64,000 nucleotides of DNA from Blasia pusilla (Eukaryota), in the NCBI GenBank assembly GCA_050084515.1, contig CM114271.1:1-64000 (forward strand). Reading direction: 5' to 3'. This document shows, piece by piece, positions 61,105 to 64,000 of the stretch. Position 1 is the stretch's first letter; the number at the start of each line of letters is the position of its first letter. The notes beneath the pieces were generated by a model, which saw only the letters and a list, made by a program, of their open reading frames with translations, was not told the origin of the DNA and did no database searches. Position numbers and translations under genes: made by a program.

Positions 61105-64000
61105 TGTCACGTCTTTTAGGATAGATTGGTGAGATCTAGTAGAGCGCCTTCGTGAGTAGTGGAGGACAAGCTCCGTAGGTCTAGGATGATCAACTGAGGC
61201 CTTGAGAAACTTGAGAGAGCATGTTTCCCCTTCGTTTCGGCTCATTTGGAGCCATATTGAGGAACTTACTATTTCAGGTAAGTACCATTTTGAGTATATG
61301 ATCAACTTTCTATTTTTGTTAAGTGGCCCTTGACCTCCTACATCAAATCAAGAGCCAAAGAGGTGACTTGGGAGCATAGGTTAACATGGAGAGAGCTTGG
61401 GAGAGGGGAGGGGTATACTTCAAGGAGAGAGAGCTTGAGAGCTCATTCTCTCTTTGTTGAACCTCTTGGGATGAGGCGGCGGAGCTATGGTCTTTCTTGC
61501 CTTGTGTGTGTAACCCAAACCTCTCATTAGGAGAGTGGGTTTGGTTTGACATTGAGTAAGACATGTGAGAACTATGGTGTTGTGAGAGAGATTGGATCAT
61601 ATTTTACAAAGAGAGAATGAGTGAGTGAGAGAGCTTCATGGGGGAGCTTGTTGGTCACTCGTTGGTTTGGCAAGTTGGGGATCGTATTCCCCGTTCAGCG
61701 GTTCATGGGAGTGCTCACCGGCGTCAGAGCCGCTTACTTGTGATGTTTCCTTTGCCGATTTTTCGTGGGGAAGAGTGACACGCGGAAGTGCTGCCCAATT
61801 TTCGATAGGAATTGAGTATGGGGCGGATTGCTCCATGCCGGTGCTCTCATGAGCATCATGTAGCTTCCTTATTTGTCTTCTTATAGGTTTTATATTTTCT
61901 GGGGGAGAAATCAGCGCAGAAGCGTTGCCAAATTTTGTGTATTAGAAAGAGACATTGGGTTTTACGACAATCCCTTCATTATTACTCGAATGTTTGATTC
62001 AAAATATTTCTTGACGCCATTGTAAATTGCAAAGTTATGCATGCTTTGCAACAAACAATGCACAATTTGGAGATGCGAGCAAAAATTTATGGTCAATCTT
62101 GCAAAACTTCCATTGCTAGGCATTTTTTAGGGTTAAATTGTTCAAACCCTAAACCAGCCGCCGTCGTCATACTCACCATCAACGGTCAACCATCATCATC
62201 GATGGTGAACCATCACCATCAACGTTCAACTTTCACCATCAACGGTCCGCCGTCACCATCAACATCAATGGTCCACCGTCCACCGTCGGCCGCTGTCGCC
62301 GCCTACCGCTGCTCAGAGCCGCGTTCCGCCGTTGTCCACCCTTTGGTTGCCATTTTTGCCATTACGAAGTGGAGGGTCTTCCACGAGGACCGTTGATTCT
62401 TTCACTTGCGCCGCCATCACGTACTTTGTTTTGGCCGCCACCGTCATTGTAGTTTCGTCATCAAGCAGTGATGGCAGATGACCTCGGGTTATGGTTTTTT
62501 AGTTTTCATTTCATGCTGCTATGCTGTAATTGGTAGCCGCTTAACAAAAATCGAGTACCATACCGTGATGCCCGTAGCCGCAACTGGACGCCGATTGGCG
62601 TGCCGTGCCGCTCGTGGCCGCACCGTACCGTCTTGACCGCGGAGCCGCTCCTTCACTAAGGATCAGAGCGTGTGAATTGCTGATTGAGGAGGGTGACGCC
62701 AAGTGCCGCACTCCATTACCGAGTTCCATGTCATTAAGAGCTATTCCGTGCCGTACTAGACTGCTAGACCTGCACTGTACATCGAGGAGGTTTGAGGGGC
62801 GTCAATACGAGAGGAGTCCAACTTTCCGATTGGAGGAGTTGTCTTCACAACCGAGTTGGGGTCGAGATTTGCAGTTGTCGAGGAGCGACATCGATATTAT
62901 TGTCAAGTTACCTATTCTGGTCTCTTAAGCTGCACGTGTGAGTGATTTTTGGGTATTGGGAAGTTATTTGGGATATTGTTTCGTGCTGATGCTGAGAGCA
63001 TCAATGATGTATGGATTTAGGGGACATAGACGTGTGTGGGATGTCCAGAGTTAAGGATGGTTTGTCGATGAGATGGTAGATCAGTTGATTTGCCGGACCG
63101 CGCCGCTTGTTGTCGTACAACACACGTCTCACTGAGAGAGTGTAGATTGGGTGCCGCATGTTTAGTTTTAGTGATTGAGGGATGGATCCTGATCAGAGTC
63201 GATGGGTCCTGATCAGAGTTTATGGAGAGTTGGTGATGTTGTTAGTATGCAGGCACGGAGGGCGATGGGAGAAGTGAGTGCGACGATTGCTGATGCTCAA
63301 GAGGGGCATGTGTCGAGCACGTTGTTGGGGGCGGCCACCATTGAGTACCAAGCTCCTTTATTTTCTGCTTCCGATGTTATGACGTTGGGAGGTACGCCCG
63401 CCCAGGTTTTTTAGCTGGCTGCTACACTATGTGAGCGTGGAGTTGGAGTTCTTGCATCACGTTCAAAGGTGATTGTAGAGGAGGTGCCCTTGGAGCGGAT
63501 GCTCGGGCGGTCCACGTCAGATTCATGGCAGGCTCCGGCTGCTAGGATGGCAGAGATGCCCGCTAGACCCGCGATAGAGCGTGCCATGGCTTCTCCTAGT
63601 GTTGTGTTGCTTGATAACCAGGGAGAGGTCTTCCAATTGGTGAGTCACGTAGGAAGAGCTTTTAGTCCGCAGCGTGTCTTATTGGATTCAGGAGCGCAAC
63701 CCTTGATGTTGGGGAATGTGTCATTCAGAGAATTGGGCTTGACGAGAGCCGATGTGGAGCGTTGTCCATTCCGGATAAAGACATCATTGGATGGAGCTAG
63801 TACCACACAGTATATCATCCGACAAGAGGTCATGGTGAGGATTCGCTCGAGACATCCTACAGATGAGTCGGTGGTGCGAGCCAAGGCAATACTGACTGAT
63901 GTAGAGTCCTACGACGTCTTGGTTGGTAGAGCAGTGTCATACCCGATGGGGTTTTCCGTGGATTACTGGGAGGAGTCGGCATCTTACGGACCAGGATGGC
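61105..64000 (+). mobile_element. Ty3/gypsy element (LTR 61105-61780, leader, internal deletion, protease), runs off the window
   Basis: LTR bounded by TGTCAC...GTGACA; colinear with 17167-19120 up to ~63183. Confidence 0.85.
63415..64000 (+). pseudogene. Retroviral-type aspartic protease region of gypsy pol (open to the window end)
   Basis: Stop-free frame containing RVLLDSGAQPLMLG and YDVLVG. Confidence 0.85.

Overview
This is a plant chromosome end, probably from a bryophyte-like land plant (inferred from the repeat families, not proven). It opens with ~2.7 kb of Arabidopsis-type telomere (CCCTAAA)n. The subtelomere that follows is mostly decayed, nested transposons: two hAT elements, two Helitrons, a Ty1/copia element, several Ty3/gypsy fragments, a CRE-like non-LTR RT, a MULE, a MITE and satellites. 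The only convincing intact genes are two paralogous intronless genes for a 102-aa secreted Cys-containing peptide resembling the MiAMP1 antimicrobial family; they lie in a three-copy segmental duplication. Main observations: (1) a Ty3/gypsy pol fragment carries the C-terminal motifs of a C5 cytosine DNA methyltransferase directly upstream of RT; (2) short telomere-repeat tracts sit exactly at rearrangement junctions, and the telomere itself caps a broken hAT element; (3) the two peptide paralogues differ mainly in charge. All protein family calls come from motif recognition by eye, with no database searches, and many boundaries are approximate.
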